Positions 13,418 to 30,500 of a stretch of DNA of 64,000 nucleotides are shown in pieces. Under the pieces are notes generated by a model. It ran no database searches and had not been told where the DNA came from. It saw nothing but the letters and a program-made list of their open reading frames with translations. The DNA comes from Trichoplax sp. H2. Lineage: Eukaryota. How positions within the stretch are numbered: the stretch's first letter is position 1; the number at the start of each line of letters is the position of its first letter. Both the position numbers and the translations under genes were made by a program. Where the stretch lies: assembly GCA_003344405.1 (NCBI GenBank), contig NOWV01000026.1, positions 434,001-498,000 on the forward strand, given 5' to 3'.

Positions 13418-16400
13418 TTCTGTAGTAATTAAATTAAAATTCAACTTGTTGTTAGTAAAATAAAGCAACGATGAACATGCTGAGTGCGTAATGTATCATG
13501 AAGATAGAGCATTTTATAATTGAATTTGAATTATGGTATAGTCTGTGTCAAAAATTGATATTTATGGTGAAAAGTGATGAGCCAACAGCCTGGTCTGTCT
13601 TCCTGTAGCTGCTGTTCAATTGATACTAATAATCTTCCAGGGTTAAAAGTTGTAATAATTCCTTATTTCACCGTGCTATAGCGACTGCAAGTGATGTAGA
13701 TTTTTTGTGGCTAAGTCTTAGTCCGCCCATACATTCGGTTATCCATTTACGTTGCATAAAAAGTTATTAGTAATCTCTTATGCAGAACAGCATATAAAAA
13801 ATATACCCATTTCTAATAACGCTAATGCGTTATCAGCCCAAGTATCGCGAAGTGAAGTAATATTATTACATTTCGTAATTATTAAATACTCGTGCAATCC
13901 TGGTTACAATCGTTGGTAACTTATTTTGTGTTGTAGATGTGATAAATAAATATTAATTAGTGTTAAACCGGGTTTAACGTGACATTGAAGATCACTGCCA
14001 ATTTTATGCCCACCACTAACAAAAACTTTCGCATCATTCGTGAATGTCGATTAAAGCAAATTATTTAATGTAATTTCGCGATATTGAATACTTTTTTGTT
14101 AATAATCTTGCGGTATAGCTAATTATCCAACTTTATATGGCTCTATTCGTGGGATATTGCGGCTAAAAGTAACAACACGAGTATCGCATTAAGTCGTTCA
14201 AAATTTCGCTCGTACTATGGTTTGCTCTCAACACATATCGTAGCAAGCAAATTTTTTCTCAGTACCGGATTTACTCAGCCGCTGTGAACTGATTTCATTT
14301 CAATCCATAACAAACCTGCTTATTCTGCTGATAGATACCGGAATGACTCAAGTTCTGTGTCATAAACGCTTAATATCTCATCGGACTGCACAACTTCGGT
14401 GTCCATAATATAGCAGCTCACTGACTATGATAGATTAAAAAAAAATTGTAGAATTCGGATAAATGCTGCTAAAGTTAGTACATACAAGGGCAATGCTTCA
14501 GATTTGGCCATATGCTGCCAAACTATGTTAAAAACCTAGTTGTAAATTACAATAAATTTGACCGACGGCAGTTTAGCTAATGTGAATGCAGTAGTTATAA
14601 TCACGGCAAAACATAATTCAAAACGCAACTAAGTACTGCTATAATAATATAGTCAAAACTTTAAGAGTGTTGGCTTGAATATTGAGTGTATGTTCGTTCC
14701 ATCCAATACTTTATAATGTAATCGCCTTTATTGTGATCATCGTAGCGAAAAGAGACAGAGACACAGTTACTGACAATGGGCTTTTATCGCATTCACTGCA
14801 ATACAAATAAAAATAGTCAGAAGGGAAACGACATATCCTAAAGCAATTCACAATTAGAAAGAAAGAAGGTATGAATATGCAAACGATAAATTGTTTCAAT
14901 GAATTATAGTCATTGTTAGTGCACGGTAAGTAGTTAAAAGCACGGATTGATTTTAAAAAAATGAAAGTATCAAGTGCATTATTGTTTTCGTAGATGAAAT
15001 AATTACAAAGGGTTTTTTAATCTTTAGCCATTGCCATTAATTGTATCAATAGTATCCGTATAACTTATTTATAGTTAAGATCTACTATATTGGATTTATT
15101 CACGAGTATAAAGTGAAAACTGTAATAAACGGCTAATACTGAATAGCCCTCATATGGTATTACCTTTCTAATGGTTTGCAAGCATGAATGCCATGACTAC
15201 AACTTACAAACCTACAGTACAGGCTGCACAGCTATCCGATGACAATCTAGCATACTTACTGTACTCAAGAAGTTTCAAATATAATATCTATATGGCAAAA
15301 AAGTATGCCGCTTAATTACACGTATTCCAATATTACTGTGGAAATGATCACCCATTGATGGCAGAATTGCACCATGCTGATTCGGTACGTTAAGTAAATG
15401 AGCAGGATTAAAATAGACGAAATGTGTACATGCCTGTGCAGTTAAGTGCTACAAAGGATAATTATATCAACTCTCTTGACAATAATCAACAAGCTAGTTA
15501 ATTAACTGAATTTAGCGCTGTGCTCCATTGACTTCATGCTATGTTAAAATCTTCTTGCTTTCTGTGGTGTACCCTCTGCAGTACTTTACTGACATCTCGA
15601 ACATTATGACATCGTTTTCAATGTTACATTTTCTGATGTGTGTCTTTCACATAGACGGTATAGATGTTTATTTAAGAACGGATTATATCATAGAAGTCAT
15701 TTTAATATACAAATAGTGAATGGTCACCATTTTACTTTGGGAAGGGTCAACCTTTAACCGCAATTTTACTTGGTTACCCAAAGGGACAAAATATTGGCGT
15801 GATGTATTGACTGCACGAACACTAACCTGATGTGGCGGCAGGCGAAACATTGTTATACACTGCCATTAGTAATGGATACGCAACAGATATAATTCAACAA
15901 CAATATGGAAAGATTTTCTTCAAGATCTTGTTCTCTGTTAATTGACTGAAACTGAAAGGTTTCAAATCTTTTTTTATTTATGAAATAAAAATGGATCCAG
16001 CTATGAAATAGTGTCAGGAAATGGAATATTGGCAAGTACTTTTTCTTATATGAAAAATATAAGGTAAGTAACATTTTTAAATGTCAATTACAGCAATGAC
16101 GTAACTGTACTGTACCGACCGATATACAGAAGGATGGGAACGAGCATGAAAGGCAATTAAGGTTAAAATAAAGCACTAGCGTTTTAACAGTAAATAAAAT
16201 AAAATAAATAAAATGTTATGTACACGCAAGTAGTAAGTACAGTACATAAAATTCATGTTTATGTCTTCGGATAATTATTATAGTGAAAGGATCTCGCTTA
16301 CAGATCCACGTGCTATTCGCTTTATAAGCAATAATGTGCACGGCGAAGCATGATGGATAAAGCTAATTACTATAATATTCTAAAAGAACTACAGAGAAGC

Positions 16401-18189
16401 TGAGCACTAAACTTGGTAGCAAGATAACAGGGAGGTGGCAATCTTGCGCGGTTTGTCTATAATTCTGGTCCTAGAAAAAAATGGATACTGTACGTAGGTT
16501 CGTGACATGGACTACATTACTAGATTCACTGGTGATTCAACAATGTGAATTAGTTCTATTACTTCTCGATATTGATCGAATTAATAGTTGCTATTTGCCA
16601 TATAAATGAATTGAATCAAATTGTAGAGTGCAGTTAAAATGGCGTGCGAATAAAATTTCTGTCTAATTGATGTTATGCTCAATACACAGTCATTATTATC
16701 GATGTAATATTTTGTCGGTGACCAATCGCACACTCATTCAGTCATACTGATTAGTACCACAGCACCACTAGACTCAGCATTTTAAAATGCATAATAATAG
16801 CCAGTTGTAATTATTAAGCCGGTCTAAAAATAGTGCTACTATCTAGTATCATTTGATTTAAGCAATAGCGAATAAGTAGTTGAGGGAAGAACTAAATTTC
16901 AGTGATGGTAGATATAATAGGAGCATGCCAGCCTGTAGTGCAATTGTTCAGTGCAGTTTCATCAGATCAAAAAATCAGAAATTGGTAAATCTTTCTTAGG
17001 CTATGTATGCTTCGTAACATTTGAAAATTTCCGTTAGACTTTCTTACGAATAACTAAACAGCTAACTGCAAATTATGATTCAGTATGATGTGATCGACAG
17101 GTGTAGTACAGCGAATGGCTGGCTATTTGGTAGCAAATGATATGTCGAGATTTACTAGTATATGTCTAATGATGTTTTCATCAGGCTGATTCTTTGTTGA
17201 TTGTATAGACTATGCAATTAACATAGCTGGCTTGATATTATGAATTTTTATTAATACCAAGCTACCAATAATAAATTAAAAGTTTAGTAAATTAATTATC
17301 ATACTTTATTTCGTAAACAGAAAATAACGGAAGATTTTTACTTGTACCAAGTGCCTAGGAAACTAATAAAAATAAGAGATACCTTACATTAATGCTCTAT
17401 ATTACGGTACTAAAGCGTTAATAGAACATGATTCTGATTAACCTATTGGAAACATACAATCAACAGTTGAAATTTCAAATAGCAGAATGTCACTGTCAAT
17501 GTTAGTGATATATAGAATTAAAGTTTGTTGGAACCAGCTCGCATCTGCCTAATAAATATCTAACTGATTTTACTTAAAATTGAACTTATTGCAAAATTGA
17601 TGAATCAGTCTCATCAATTGTTGTCTCGAAAGTATTTTATCTTGCTTGAAGGAAGTTTGTATTTGTAATTTTTTCTATTTATAATCAATTATCGTGAAAG
17701 TCTGTTACATTATCATTAGATGTTGTAATAAAAAAATTCTATCGTAAATTTTCTATTAAGCTGTTTTAATTTTATTAAAGTCACTGTTATTAGCTATATT
17801 TTAGATCATAATGTCTCTGTAATATTTGCTTTGTAGACACCACATTAAAAGTTAAGACATGCTACTGATTTTATCCATCATATAAAGCTAAATATTCGAT
17901 GACTAAGAGTAGCTTATAAGTAAATCATTATCTAATACTACTATGAGATCAAATTTCTGAAGCTTCACAATCACTGTAATGGTATATTTTGCAATACTAT
18001 AGAATCAGTAAATGACCTGATAGAATGACCTCATAGAGGTCATTGCCATAAGTCCATATTTTTTATGTTACATTCATAAGTAGAAAGGAGAGGAAAGTGA
18101 ATCATATTCTCTGTCCATAATTTAAGATCATTTACATTGCATAATGTGATTGATTAATCTTATTCTTTTTAAAATTTTATGTATAATCT

Positions 18190-18248
18190 CATCAAATATT
18201 TTGATTAATTTAGTAATCAAATATTTTGATTAATTTAGTAGTCAAATA
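18190..18248. repeat. Short tandem duplication, 25-bp unit x2
   Basis: tcaaatattttgattaatttagta(a/g) occurs twice head-to-tail. Confidence 0.8.
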
Positions 18249-18974
18249 CAGATAAGTATGCAAATAATTAACAGCTCATGCGTACAAGTATGTGAACTGC
18301 TTAGATACTATAATGTCACATATGAACTTTAAATGTAAGTTTAGTTTAATTGTGATTGAAGAACCTACAATAAATTGGTTCTACTAAATCATGTTCGCAG
18401 AAATAATCTTTAAGGAAAGTAAGTATTGACACCATTATAATTATCATAAGGTAATCTCTCCATATTAACTATTTTGAAGTAATACATCACTACAATGGAA
18501 ATAAAATACCCTTTAATAAAGCAATAGATTGACCTTCGAGATATAATCTTAAAAGGCTTTTCTGTATCTTAAATATTCATTAATTGCAGGAGGATATGAT
18601 GGTACTGCCTTATATTACTTAAGGTATGGCTAAAATAATATAATATGGAGGTTTAACCCAGGTAATTTCCAAAATATCTTGCATGATATTGGTGTGATTA
18701 AAGTCATTAATAAACAAATTATGTATACTTTGTAAGACGTATTATCAATCCAGAAAAAGTATTATAGTTGATATTTACGTAATTTATACGTGACAGACAT
18801 AATGTTATAACCTTCTACCAGGAAAGGTAATACTTTATTGGTTTTATACCAGTAGTTAAAACATCCTAAGGACTCGGTTTGATGTACGTGTCCTGCAGTA
18901 TTCTTAATTAGCTCTTCAGTGTATAATTTACAACAGTTTAAAATCTTGAATTTTCGAAAGCATTAGTCTTTGAT

Positions 18975-19400
18975 GATAATGACATAGCTAATTTAGTTTA
19001 TCCGTGGAATGAATATGTACTTTCGCGCCACATTAAAATCACTTATTTTACATTATATCGTACTATAACTATAGTACCGTACAATAGGCCAAAACAAATA
19101 CATTAAGGATTAGTTTTTAATGATATTGACGTAGCTAATTTAGTTTATCCACGGAATGAATATGTACTTTCGCGCCACATTAAAATTACTTATTTTGCAT
19201 TATATCATGCGATAATTATAGTACCGTACAATAGGCCAAAACAAATACATTAAGGATTAGTTATTAATGATGACATTGCTAATTTAGTTTATCTACGGAA
19301 TGAATATGTACTTCGCACCACATTAAAATTACTTATTTTGCATTATATCATGCGATAACTCTAGTACCGTAGCATAGGCCAAAACAAATACTTAAGGATT
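18975..19400. repeat. Tandem repeat, ~145-bp unit x3
   Basis: Anchor gctaatttagtttatc recurs at 18987, 19134 and 19278 (periods 147 and 144). Each unit contains ggaatgaatatgtactt(t)cgc(g/a)ccacattaaaat and tagtaccgta...ataggccaaaacaaatac. Confidence 0.95.
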
Positions 19401-19575
19401 ATGAATGTTTCCTTTTACATAACTCAGTTATCTATCAGTATACAAGTGTGCGCATTAAATATTAGTAGAATATCAGGTCGTTTATGTTGTAAGACATTCT
19501 ATAAGATAAAGTATTTACCAAGGAATTAGTAGCCAAAATCCAAGAAACTCATCTGCAGAGGTGATAGCTATGATG

Positions 19576-19698
19576 GAGGGTTCGAAGATTCAGCGGCTGC
19601 GGACTTAGTAGTCATTCTCAGAAATTACGCAAGGAGTTTTAATGAAAGTAAACAATTTATTGTTATAGCAACGGAGGTACAATACGGTAGTTATGGAT
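19576..19698. repeat. Copy of a diverged dispersed repeat (first copy at ~2192-2305)
   Basis: Same alignment as for the 2192 copy; same orientation. Confidence 0.6.
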
Positions 19699-20325
19699 TT
19701 AGCTTTTCAACCAACTTGAAATAAAATCATCACAAAACTAAGTGCAACTAATTATTAACGAATAGGGCGACTAAGTCAGTCTTGAAGAATGGTGCGTTGC
19801 AATTATATAATTTAGTCGGTAGTAACCTACTATTTTCTGAGTTTCATAAATGTCTCTATGTGTGGTGTCCCATTTTTAAATAGGTCACCAAAATTATCGT
19901 ATTATCATGCAATATCTCCTTCTGTTATTGTATTATATCTTCCTCTGCTATGTCGTTTCTCATGGTGAATTACGTTTTATCGAATTACTGATGCAACCTC
20001 TCTTATGGACAATTCATCAAGCACCCTAAATAACTCATCATAAAAAGTTACTGTACAATTTATGACTTATTTACCGATTAACTACCCAAAAAATCAATGC
20101 TAAAGAATGTAATGGATTTAAAGAAAATTATGTTTACTCAACGCTTAAAATAGTTTTAGGCAAATTACAAATAGATGAATTCTATAATAAAGCAAATCTT
20201 GATTACGTTTTCCCTATTCACATAACTGCTGTACTATCTTCGCTGCTAAAGAAAAATTTAAGCAAATATTATGTGATGCAATAGATTATTTACTTTATGC
20301 ATGGATGAATAATGTAATGCGATGA

Positions 20326-20385
20326 TATAAATACCGCTGAAATTTGTAACTATCCACATTCAACCCACCAAAATACGTTGTCAAT
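20326..20385 (+). promoter_or_regulatory. Putative TATA box and short non-coding first exon of serine protease 1
   Basis: TATAAATA at 20326-20333, a strong donor AAT|GTAAGT at 20386, and an acceptor atatatAG ending at 20582, two bases before the ATG at 20584. The transcription start is inferred only. Confidence 0.4.
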
Positions 20386-20583
20386 GTAAGTATATTAAGT
20401 TGACGAGCTACTCATACTTCAAAAAAATATCTGTAAAGTACCACGAACTTTGAGTTTAAAGTAACTTAAAAGGCAAATTCAGAAATACTAATCAATCTAA
20501 TTAAAACCTTAAATTGGCTTCGCTAAAGTTCGAATAGCTATGATAACGAATTTAATTTAAAATCTTTTACCGGAATATATAGT

Positions 20584-22582
<1,999 letters not shown>

Positions 22583-25019
22583 ATTTGATCAAAGACACAT
22601 ACCATGTAGTTACATTAGTAAATTTTAGGTGACTTTAAACCTTCCTGTAGCGTTTATGCAATACACAAATGATTTATTAGGTGGTATTGCTATAATTTCT
22701 TAGAAGAAAAAGACATCATATGGACTATGATCCGTTTGATTTCTAGAGTTAACTAGGAGTAAATCAGCTTGAAATCATAATAGATATCAGCAACGAGATT
22801 CTAGCTTAATAAAAGGCATATTTCAAAACTATTAAACATCTTGTTTCTTTTTGTGGGCTTTATTTGCTATCATTTATAATTAATTATTGCCGGCAATCTG
22901 AGCACCATTTTAAAAAAATTCTTCTTAACTAATAAAATAACCTTACGTATGTGGACTATACTAGTAACAATAAATCATCTGCAGACATAGAAAATGTAGT
23001 ATGTTATAGTGCATGTGTACATACTCTCTATTCAATCAGCCAATCTGTAAAATCGCTATGAACCAATCATGAACTAAAGATACAGTATCGATAATTCCAA
23101 TAATATAACCCTTTAATGAGTCCATTATTTTTATAAAAATTCGTAAATGTCTAATTAAAGTGAATATTGATTTGGTTAATATAGTAATTCAATGTATAAG
23201 AGTTCACTGAGAGCAGCTTGCAAACGAATATACTCATAAGAAATGAGTGAATATCTTTAATTCATCAAGTTTTCATCTTATGATATACTCGTAAGAATGA
23301 TGTCTACGATCACGTATTGGCTGAAGATTGAATATGATAAAGCCATATCATCAGTTTGAGACTAATATAGCAAGATTCGCGTATTGTAAAAACTGGCAAC
23401 TTATAACGAGCTAAAATGATCCTGCTTGATCTTATATATGTTTATACGTATATAACGTAAAATTTTATTGGTGGACTTGCAAGAAAACTGATGTCATTCG
23501 CAATAACTTTAATTAATTTATTTTCGCGGTTAATATACATTTACATATTTATCGTAGTTTATAAGCAACAAAGTATAATTATGACTAGTTTGGAACTATA
23601 ATATTTCTGCATGATCTACATTAAGGCATAATGCAAAATGTATAAAACTATTTTCTACCACGCAATTATTTACATATGTTCAGCAAAATAGAGAGAGACT
23701 AAAGGTCATTAATTATGTTTAAAAATAAATTGATAACTATGCGTGACCGATATTTGTTCTACTAAATCATATTGAAGGTCATCTTTGCTTTCTATGACTT
23801 ATAACAATAACCTTATTGCAGATTTTGCATATGACTGGTCGCTTGAAACCTGAAATACTATCCATAACCCGTATCTTTTGAGTGCTATCAAAAGGTCGAA
23901 AGCTAAATTTTTTTACCTTCAGCTTTTGAATATTTTAATTAGTTTGTTTCAATAATTTATCAAGAATTTAAACAGTATAATAGATATAATCCATTAAGTC
24001 TTTTATATTACGTAAATAGATACTAATGATCCGAATTGCTTGCATAAATAGGACTTCAAATCATTGATATTATGCTATAGAACCTGGCCCGATTACAATA
24101 TTTACTTTGCAATCCTTTTAGTTCTATTTGTGAGGGCGTATTTCCTTACTTACATTATTGACATTCAAATGAGATAGTTCCATCCGTTCTGTAAATAGTT
24201 CATAACTTTATTAGTATTGACATAAATTACGATTTACTTAAACTAATAATCTTAATTTTATCGACGTTGAGAAAAATCAATTAAATCTCTATCTACATTA
24301 CCAATATTCACATAATCACTCCTTAGTACTCTTCAAGATAAGACTGACATCTTAACGAAGTAGAATCCATAAGGTATCATTCAATATGACTAGCTGTTAT
24401 TTTTACTGTTTTTGCTTAAAGTTATCGAAAAATGATTAATTGACAAAAATGACGTTATTAAGCATAATATTCTTTTCTTTAACTTAATAAATTCTCTACT
24501 TACAGTGAAGCTAGATATGTTACTGATATCGTAGTGATAAGAGTAAAATTATATCTTCAGTAATACTCCACTGTAGATGGAATGATAAGACTAAAGACCA
24601 AAACTAGCAATGATATTTAATGTAATACTGCAATAAAGTATTAAACTGAGAATTATCGACAGCTGATGGATAGTGCAACGTAATCATGTTAATTATAACG
24701 TCTACGAACATTCTAACCATGCGCTCTTTGATAGCGAGATACGCAAGCATTTATCGCTCATTTGCCTAAAAAATTCGACATAAGTGAATCTCAATATGAA
24801 AACTGAGTAAAGATCTATTAGTATCTAATCCATTAGTTATCAATTTTTTTCTAAAAGCCGTCCATATAAAATTTATGGCATTAGTAATAAAATACACATA
24901 TTTGAGTATTTACATATATCCCATATACAGACTTAATAGTTCTACGAGTATATAGTACAAAATTATGGAGACTAATCTGTTATTAATCTTTCACTTAATT
25001 CAATAAGTACAGCTTAGAA

Positions 25020-27517
25020 ATGAAGGCCCTCATCATTGCTCTCGCCTTATTTGGCTGCGCTTTCGCAAATGTCCTTCGGTCGGGTAAGAAAGCTATAAAC
25101 CTAATTACTGCTTTGATAGCGCATTATTTAGTGCGATACTGTCAATTTCTACCATAACTTTATAACATCGTTCGTTAGTGACCTTTTCTGCACCTTAAAT
25201 TATGCTGATAGCGAATTAATTGTACACTCAGAAGTCATCTTTCGTAAGGGATGACTGATCAATTGATTAGAAGTGATATCTTAATTTTCTAGCAAAATGG
25301 GCTTTGCCCTTTATAATATTGAATATTCCTACAGCACCTAGGAGATAAGACGAGATGAAAAATATAATAGAATTCTTAAAATTGTATTAGTTATGCCAGT
25401 ACAAATTTTATGATTTATTGCCTCTATAGGATGTAAATAAGATCAGGACTAGATAAATTATGTATAATACAATTGAGTTTGTTTCAACTAATTGTAAATA
25501 TCGTCATAACTAAGAAAAATTATAAAATTATAAAACTGATATGTTTAACTTAATCAAATATGGTAATTAGTTTTTTGTAATCACAAAATAAATATGAGGA
25601 TACTGCATTACAAGGAATAATTCAGAGTTTTATATACTTCTTTACAGTTTCTTGTAACAAAATACATTTGCATTAGTAAACGGAAGCTTCTAATTTTAAT
25701 TTATTTTGCTAAGGCTATGATAAAAGAAGGATAAAAGTGTATTTGAAATTACGTAAAAGGGCAGCAATATTTTTGTCATGTTAACAAGATTTTGATATTC
25801 GCGGACTCTCCTTAACAGATTAACACTTTAGCCATCATTATTGCAATATGCGGCATAATTTCTTGAAGATTAGGCACCCCAACTTAGTCATAAAATTTTT
25901 CGTCACCTTCCGATTGAGCTACTTTATATTTTATGAATACTTAAAATTTCTCTCAATATATTAACATTTTTATGGCCAAACCACACATAACCGTGACACT
26001 CAATAGCACCGTAAATTATTTACTGTACTGCAAGGTGTGGAATATTATCAGAAATCTAACGTAATTATTAAAATACTTAAAAAATTCTGATTTGTTGCAA
26101 CTTTAATGCTGAATTCATATAGATTACCTGTATATTCTACGTGATAGTACATCGCGTCCTTATAAAAGTATTACTTATCGTGTGTCTGCTCAAAAATTAT
26201 TTATGAGCCAAAATTAAAGCAGATCTTTTCATCGCCCATTACGCGATTTAAAAATCTGAAATATGGTTTAAAAGAAAGCATTTGGAGCGTATATGTTTGT
26301 TGCGATTTATACCAATTTTTGTAAGCGGAGTCTTAAACACCTACGATATACGTACACCGTTACTGTATAATTATTTTTGCTAATTTCTTGATTGACAATG
26401 AAATGAATTAATAATTGATATAGAACCTGTTGAAATCAGGCCAAATATTATGACCTACAGAAATGCTCATTATCAGGACAGAATTATCGGTGGTACTAAC
26501 GACGTTCCACATGCTCATCCATATCAAATTTCGTTGCAAACTACCTCAAGTACTGGAGTATGGTACCACACGTGCGGTGGTTCTATCATCGGCGATGACA
26601 CGGTCCTAACTGCTGCTCACTGCGTTGATTCCAAACCAGCTAGCGAGTACAGGGTTGTCAGTGCCGAATATGATTTTAACAATATCGAAGGTGTTGAAAC
26701 TACTATCTATGTTAAAGAACTGTAAGTAATAATAGAATTTTTGATTGTTTATTGACGATCTTAAATACTATAATGATGTAAACAATGGTAGCAGATCAAA
26801 ATATATTGCTGTAAAGGCGAGAATGAAAAAACTTATTAATAAATTAATTAAAATTATCAATTTATTGTAACTGTAGTATATTATATAATATAAAATGTCT
26901 CTCCATAACATTTTATCCTTTAACTTTTATTAAACAGTATCATCCATCCTGATTGGAATGCAGCCGCTATCAACAATGATGTGGCATTAATTAAAATACA
27001 AGGGGTTTTCAAATACGATTCCAATGTTGCCAAGGTTACACTTGCTTCCAGTACTCCTCCTGATAAGACAGTCAGTATTGTAACAGGTTGGGGGTATACC
27101 AATTACGAATCAAAAACTAGACCTAATATTTTGCAAGCAATTACAACTGAAAGATGCAGCGATTTCAAGGCTTGGTGGGGTACACTCTTCAACTATAAGA
27201 GTAAGAGTCAAGTTGCAACCTACACCACAAGAGGCGAAGGTATCTGCATAGGAGACAGTGGTGGCCCACTTGTGTACGAAAGTAAGAGCACCTTCATTCA
27301 ATATGGTGTTTGCAGCTATGTCATGACACGTGAGTTAATCAGACATCCTGATCTTAAAATAGTACCACTCGATATTTTTTCTATTTAACATGCTAATAAT
27401 TTGCTTTCTTGACTATTTTTAACTTGTTCCTTCTAATTCTCAGCTTGCGCTAGTGGTAACCCTGATGTATATGCCCGTGTCTCAGCCTTCTACGACTGGA
27501 TCAATAACAATAAATAA
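25020..27517 (+). CDS. Secreted S1A serine protease 2, tandem paralog of protease 1
   Basis: Exons 25020-25083 (MKALIIALALFGCAFA...), 26424-26721 (DR|IIGG, HTCGGSII, TAAHC), 26938-27329 (NNDVALIKI, GICIGDSGGP, GVCSYV), 27444-27517 (PCASGNPDVYARVSAFYDWINNNK*). Catalytic-domain intron positions are identical to protease 1. AATAAA at 27667. Confidence 0.95.
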
Positions 27518-30500
27518 AGAAATCGAGAATTGCTAGGTTTAGCTTCTGATCTATACTGAATATAATATGGTATATTGTCATAGGAGAGATAGCTATCGAA
27601 CAACTCCATATACTTTTGACTAAAATTAATGTTACATTAGCTGTTATATTGTTTTTAACTGCTAGAAATAAACTTATTTAGCCTTAAACTAACCTGTATT
27701 CTTTATGAATTTTGAGTGAAAGTTAAGGCTCACCTTAAAAAATTTCTTTCGCTACTGTTATCTGATCCTACGCAGGTTTAGGATCTATCAGCTATCGATT
27801 TTATAATCACTGTTATCAAAGTTGGTATCATGCTTTTTTGCACATTACTTAAGTTAGAGATATACTTTTAGGCCATATGCTATCAATTAAGAATTTGTGT
27901 AGTAACGTAATCATAGTTTATATCGGTAAAGATATGTTAGCGTCAACGAGCAATTTTGGAGAAAAAGCGTAATGCGTGCTTCTAAATATGAAGTGTACGT
28001 TGAGCATTTGCTAGAGTAAAAAATAGGATTCTCCTAAATAAGTATTTAGACGAATATAATTAGGAGGGAAGATAGTGATCCCACTGATTAAGCTATAGAA
28101 AAAACATTGATAGCAGGAGACAATAGATGTACTGTAGTTAGTTAAACTAATGTATTTTCTATAAATATTATTTAACTAAGTTATGGCAAATTTCTCATGA
28201 AAACTGGAGCTTCAATTAGAGCAGATATTAAGTTATCTAATCTTTTACCAGTTCATTAATATACTCATCCAGTTACTTTTATCACAAAATCAGAACATTG
28301 AAAGTGAAATTTAATTAACATTTATTTCGTCACACGTAAACAGTAAACTTAATTATCATTGATTGCATTCATTTAGTAACTATTACACCGACAAAGACAT
28401 CGTTGAAAATATTAATTGAAATTGTTTCAACAATTATAGCAACATTTGGAAACTTGAAATCTTACTTTATTGGACAAATGAACTGTTAATTAGACATTGA
28501 TAATATTTTGTATTCATTTTGATGAAGTAAGAAAAATTTAGTATGCCTAAATTATAGTCCGGTTATAATATGGTACATTGCACCATGAAGAGTTTTATTC
28601 GTGCAGAAATAAACGTGCTAACGGCGATATTGCCTACTGGCAGAGTCCTGCTTATCGATCTTTGCCTTTTAAACATCACATAATAAATATCTACCTACTA
28701 TAGCTAGCTATACTACCACCTGTGTTTTTTACATTAGAGCATAAATTTGTAAGAGATAACTTTGGATTTGTTGGGTAATTGCTGAAGTAATACGAAGCTA
28801 TGCATGATAATATTTGATGAATGTAGACTATAAATCACCTCAATGTGATACACTTATCCATGATAAAGTTTTTAGAATAGTTAATTCTTTAACGAATGAA
28901 AGACATTACCTTTCAGCTCCCCATTGTATACAGTACAATGTTTAGTAGTATAATAACACATTTTGTTAGATTAATTTACTAAGTTCTCTTTGATCGAAAC
29001 TTACCACCCTAAATTTTAATTAACTACAAGGTAATTTCGGTGCATAATTTTTCTATTTAATAAATTGAATAAATATGCAACAGCATTACGATGCTTGCAT
29101 CTTATTGGTATACAGTAAGACACTAAGCTGTGATCATAAAGCTTCATAAATTAAATCAATTTTCATAGTTATCTGCCACGTTTCTAAGGTTTGTTGTTGT
29201 AGAAGGGCAGTTATGGAAAGATTACGTAACATTAACTTATCTATTTGTTGATATGATTTATGATGATTCCATTCAAGTAAAGATTCTTAACTAAAAGCTG
29301 AATCTATCAGAAAAACTACATAAACCCTAGAGAAATTTATGAGCTTCCAGAAATAATTTTATTGATTATTAGAGATACTATGGAATACAAAAGGAGCATT
29401 AAATTTAACAATGCCTAAGATATATAAATATTCAGAACCTTATTTATTGACAGTCTATGTTTTACAAAAAAAAATTAAAAAATAAATTGGATAGTATAAA
29501 AAGGAAGATGAATTAAATTCAATGAATTATTTTATTAGTGAAAAACCTTTCACTTAATTTAGTGAAATAAAGGAATGATAAAAAAGTAGCCATTTTATAC
29601 TTTGAGGTAACTGATGGCATATGGTCGAATACTGTAAAGAATATGAGGGAGATTCATTATAAAAAGTATTTTACAGGTACCGCAGAATTATTTCTAGTGT
29701 ACTTATTCAACATAGACAAATATTAAAAAAAGAATTATGTAAAAGTAATCATGAACTTTATTCGACGTTAGTTTGATGACGCCAATCCATACGTCATCGC
29801 TCATTTATTGGATATATAAGTTTACTGCAATACAGCGCCATATACTATCAACTATTTTGCAGACTTGACGCGGTAACTAAATAGAATGTATCCAAAGGGC
29901 ATATGTTATTTTGATTATAAATAAAATTCTATTTGATAGATTGACCTCACGTAAGTGAAATATTTCAAGTTGTGGACAATTTTGTACAGGAATAAAAAAA
30001 TATTTAAATTATTTTCTCGTCGCTGTACAGTATACGACTATACATTATAGCATTAAAAAGTGTAAGATAGTTGAAGTAAATAATATTAGTAGCCAAACTT
30101 TCTCTTAAAAGCATTTAAAATCATCATACAATATGATGTAAATCAGAACCAGTACTTTTACGTAATCAAAAACTTGAAAACGTAGTATATGAAATGCTTA
30201 ATTGCATTATTAGGAATATAGGTAAAGACGCATAGGGAATATATAGATATATGATTGAATACTGATACCTAATATGGTACGAGAAAACGAAGAAAAGATT
30301 GGGCTAATTGAAGGAGTACAGTATCTAATATCAACGAGTATAGCAAAATATCACAATTTTACGTATTACATGGAGATCTTGAAAATATGAATTACTTTAT
30401 ACAGTAAATGATAATATTAAAGTAGAATATACGTATACCAGGTATTTTATTAGCTCAATTTGTTAACTAACTAGAATATTTTGTCATTTAACGCTTTTTA

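Noticed and set aside
13500..18900. Genes or structural RNAs in the long intergenic stretches (also 4200-7500 and 27600-31500)
   Set aside because: Only short AT-rich ORFs without motifs. I found no tRNA, rRNA or snRNA pattern by eye; small exons or ncRNAs cannot be excluded without a covariance-model search.
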